Origin: Obrimoposthia wandeli
Lineage: Eukaryota
Length of the DNA: 64,000 bases
NCBI GenBank assembly: GCA_977020255.1
Contig: CDROCS010000851.1
Coordinates: 434,001 to 498,000 of the forward strand
Reading direction: 5' to 3'
In this document: one piece after another, positions 60,017-64,000 of the stretch
How positions within the stretch are numbered: position 1 is the stretch's first letter
Layout of the letters: every line of letters starts with the position of its first letter
Notes under the pieces: generated by a model
Databases searched by the model: none
What the model was told of the DNA's origin: nothing
What the model saw: the letters and a program-made list of their open reading frames with translations, nothing else
Position numbers and translations under genes: made by a program

Positions 60017-60605
60017 CAGTGGTTCTCAACATTTTTCCACATGTGCCTTTTTCACCATATGTTAGAGCGTTTTTTTTTAAATAGCGTGGAAACATAAAAG
60101 AAGAAAGGAATAAGATAAAATTCAAAATAGGAAAAATAATTTTAGCAGGTAGGATTCAAAAGCATGATCAACAGTTCAATGGTCATTGGAGAGTACACTC
60201 AATGGTATATATATATACTTCATGAATATACAAAAATATGGTCAGTCATTATTTCTAACAAGAAAAGAAATCAAAACTATGTAAATGAGATTCATAATTA
60301 TCACAAGGCATTATAAAACCTATAAAGATGTACAGGTAAGTTACAAGGTACTTAGAAATTTCCTTTGGACAGCACCGATAGATAATATTTTGCAAAAGAC
60401 TTTCTGGATCAATATTTCAAAAAATCTCAGACCTCGTTACAGTAAATGTTGACATACTTTGTCTACGAGATAATATTGAAATCTTATAAAATATTTCTAT
60501 AATTTTCTTTTCACTCGATACATTTTCAACAAAAAAATAAATCAATATGTGATGTCAATTATTTCCATTGAAAATCTGCAATTCCACCCAGGTTGAGAAA
60601 CTTTG
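60017..60605. mobile_element. hAT (Buster-type) MITE
   Basis: CAGTGGTTCTCAAC / GTTGAGAAACTTTG; degenerate TSD GTATAAAT / ATATAAAC. Confidence 0.7.
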
Positions 60606-61704
60606 ATATAAACTATACATATTTAAAGTTTTCCTTTTAGTCTTATTTAGTTTAGAGTATATTTTATTACTTTTAAAGAATCACTCAAATGATTAAACTT
60701 TAATAATAGCATAATTTTTTTATGGATTTAAACATGACAAAGTAATATATTAGAAGATAAGACGTTTGTTGAAATAATAAATGATGGTTATAACCTAAGA
60801 ATGACTGATGTGTCAAAAACACAAAAGCCAGAATCAATACCAAAAGGAGGTAAGAAAAAGTATTTAGCATCCTGATTCAAATCCGTATAAGCCTAGATTT
60901 TTTAATAAATATAAAATACACTTTATGATTCTAATTATGATTCCATCAAAATTAAATATACCTAACTGCAGTCAACTGGGATTGGAAAATTTTGTACGAA
61001 GATCATAGAGAATATGATTAATTAAATAAATATTTCTTAAATAGTGGGAAAAACAGTATGTAATATTATAATTATTGTTTAAGACATAGCTCAGTGGTTG
61101 TAGAGGAATTATTCAACATCGTTTAAATTTTTCAGCACGGTTTAAATCATTATCTAGAGAAAAACTTCTTCACAATATTTTTATAACCCAATTTCGCAGC
61201 ATTATGAAACAAGTTTTGAAACATTGTCATTGTAAAATCTATGGAACTACTTCAGAATCATATACCATTGGAATGGATTAACATTATTTAGACTCTTATA
61301 TAAACAGAATGATAAAAATGCTTCATGGATACTAACTGTGAGTAATGCAGCTGAAATAGAATTTTCGATATATATGAATTATTAACCTAGAAAGAGAATG
61401 ACTAAAAATGAATTGGAAAATCTTGATATGAAGGCAAAAAATTAATATTTAATAGCAGATTTAATTTTTAATATGTATTAAACCCTGAATTTTATGTGAT
61501 TTTTAAAAAACTCCCGCTTTTGTAATTTAAACTTGATTGAATAGCAATATATTAATATAAACATTGGTTTTAAAGATAGTTACGCAGCTAATATACATAT
61601 ATAAGGTAGGAATAACCCAAACCGCAAATTAAATTTGTTAACAAAAGAACTTTGTTTCACATGATTAATTTTTTTACAAAAATCAAAATACAACTTAAAC
61701 TTAC

Positions 61705-61749
61705 AAATTATAAATTTTATAACATCCATTATGATTCACATCGAAAAAT
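61705..61749 (-). CDS. PTEN: PTEN exon 2 (FFDVNHNGCYKIYNL)
   Basis: 45 nt like human exon 3; preceded by a 39-nt intron. Confidence 0.93.
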
Positions 61750-61787
61750 CTATAAAATAAACATAAAATCGCAAAACCAAACTTTTA

Positions 61788-62021
<234 letters not shown>

Positions 62022-64000
62022 TTATTTTCATGTTAGAATTATTTAAACAAATGTAAATATTTTAATACAAGTATTTAAATATTTATATTAGTATACAATT
62101 AATTTTTTTGTAAATAAAGTTATAATATAAATTATATATTAATAATAAAAATAAAAGATTTTGATTTTGAAAAGATTTTTCAATAAAGATACGCTCTATG
62201 TTTAATAAGAATGATACTTTCAATTACATGCATTACGTTCGTTATATGTATATAATTTCCTTATCTCTAAATGGTGGTCCAACAACAATAACACAGCATA
62301 GTAGTTAAAACTTTTAGGCTGTTTAAAAAGATTTTTTTAACAATGTTTGTGGACACATTTTTCAATGTCTTTTATATTTTTACTCAAATGCTTGATTCCA
62401 ATCGATTCCAAATATACACTATATTGAATCCTGTGATACCTCTAAGATATCATTACAGTCTAATCAATATGTATGTAAAAATATTTTATGATAAAGATGT
62501 TAAAATAAGTATGTGATATTGCAAAATTGCTGTAGTTCAATTTACATGAATTTTACTTGTAACTTCAAAAACAGTTTATTCAATCTATTTAATAAGATTC
62601 AGAATTAATAATAAATTATATTAAATTTATATATTGAATACAATATATTTTAATTAAATAGTGGATTCAAGTATATTAATTTATTGATAAACATGATTAT
62701 AAAACAAAAATCATAAGTAAACATTCAAATTATCGAGAATATATATCGTACATATAATATTCAGAGCATTGGTTTTTAAATGCAGCTTAATTTATTATTA
62801 TGTTACGCAAATATTACTAAAAGATGAAATAATTAAAAATCTTATACTTAATAATATTGTTTAAATGCTACGTTACAAAAATGTTTTAATTACATGTCCT
62901 ATTGTCAATTTAGCATCTGAATCGTACTCGGAAGTGATTTCACTTGTGTAATCAAAAATGTTGTGCTCACTTCATTCTAATATCAAGCTGATTATGTTAA
63001 ACGTTCATCAATTACACAATAATAATACCCTGACTATTTACGATTTGACATCTGATGTCACCTGTTTTTCATGCTACTGTTTTATTTGAAATTGAAAATA
63101 AATTCTACTTGTGTGTTTCAGCAGCACTTACATTTCATCTGCTGTAGCCTCTGTGCAGGACAAAATAAGCTTTATCCCCACAACTAGTATCATATTAAAA
63201 CAAGAAAATCGTTTTTTTTGTAAAAATAAATAACATAATAACTGCAAGATAACAAAATTTTAGTTAAGTAACATTTATGACAACTCATTATCTGACAAAT
63301 ATTTAAAACATTCAATATATTTTACAATATGTAAAAACTTCGGAAAATTAAGCTTTTAATTCAGATTTTTTTACAACCATCTTTACAATTAGTATACAAT
63401 TTTTAATATTTATCTTTTCTAAATTAATTTACGTTTATTTGTATAAAAAAGGCAGGATAATTAGGGAAAACATACAAATCATACAACCTTTCATACTACT
63501 TCATATATAATTTAAAGTTTTAGCTAACTTCATTTCTGCAATATACAAAACATTACAAAATTACTAGTTATTCCTTCATGACAGTTAACTAATAAATTTG
63601 TACAAAAATAATGATAGAATCTTGAGTTTAAAAAAAATTTAATGAGAAATGTAAAAATGATTTCTTTATAATAAATTATATTTCATAATATTCTAAAATT
63701 TAAGAAACTGTATTTATGTAAGTTATTTCAAAATTATAAAAATTTCGTATCAGATTTTTCAAATAAAATCTACAAAACGTTGTCAGGAATCTACAAATGA
63801 TAAACAAAATAACAATAAACAGAGAGTGAATGAGTGAGAAGAGAGTGTGTGGTTGACATATACAGTGAGTGCATAATCACAAGCACAAACTGTGATAAAA
63901 CTCTCCCTCGCAAAGTTAGAGATAAGCCGTCCGCCTGATAAGGCCGAAACAGTAAATAACTGTTGAATACTAAAAGACACTGAAATAATAAAATACCAAA

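Noticed and set aside
63908-63946. Minus-strand RPYQADGLSLTL resembling the PTEN N-terminal RRYQEDGFDLDL
   Set aside because: The true motif ([14 protein letters not shown]) is in exon 61789-61964; no usable splice phase here

Overview
AT-rich invertebrate animal DNA with very short introns (39-45 nt seen). Two host genes converge: a MAP4K3/5 (happyhour)-type kinase on + (linker and CNH exons, stop at 15027-15029) and a complete PTEN on - (ATG 61964, stop 44556). Between them lies a ~25 kb nest of three divergent Polinton/Maverick (adintovirus-like) elements. Element A (~16498-28521, possibly to 29034) is decayed and carries an IAP gene. Fragment C (29035-31643) is decayed. Element B (31644-41802) has AGTAGG...CCTACT termini and hairpin TIRs, a mostly intact virion and integrase module, a TBP-like gene, and lacks the catalytic polymerase. 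The most striking observation is spliceosomal introns in the Polinton genes. A 38-45 nt phase-2 intron follows ATG-AA in the protease gene at the same position in all three elements, and two more introns lie in the pPolB gene of A. PTEN has an unusual NCKAGKGR active-site loop and a tandem duplication that creates a same-length, same-phase alternative C2 exon. Host introns hold Buster-type hAT, Chapaev3-like, mariner and Gypsy remnants. All calls are from manual reading and translation; no database searches were run.
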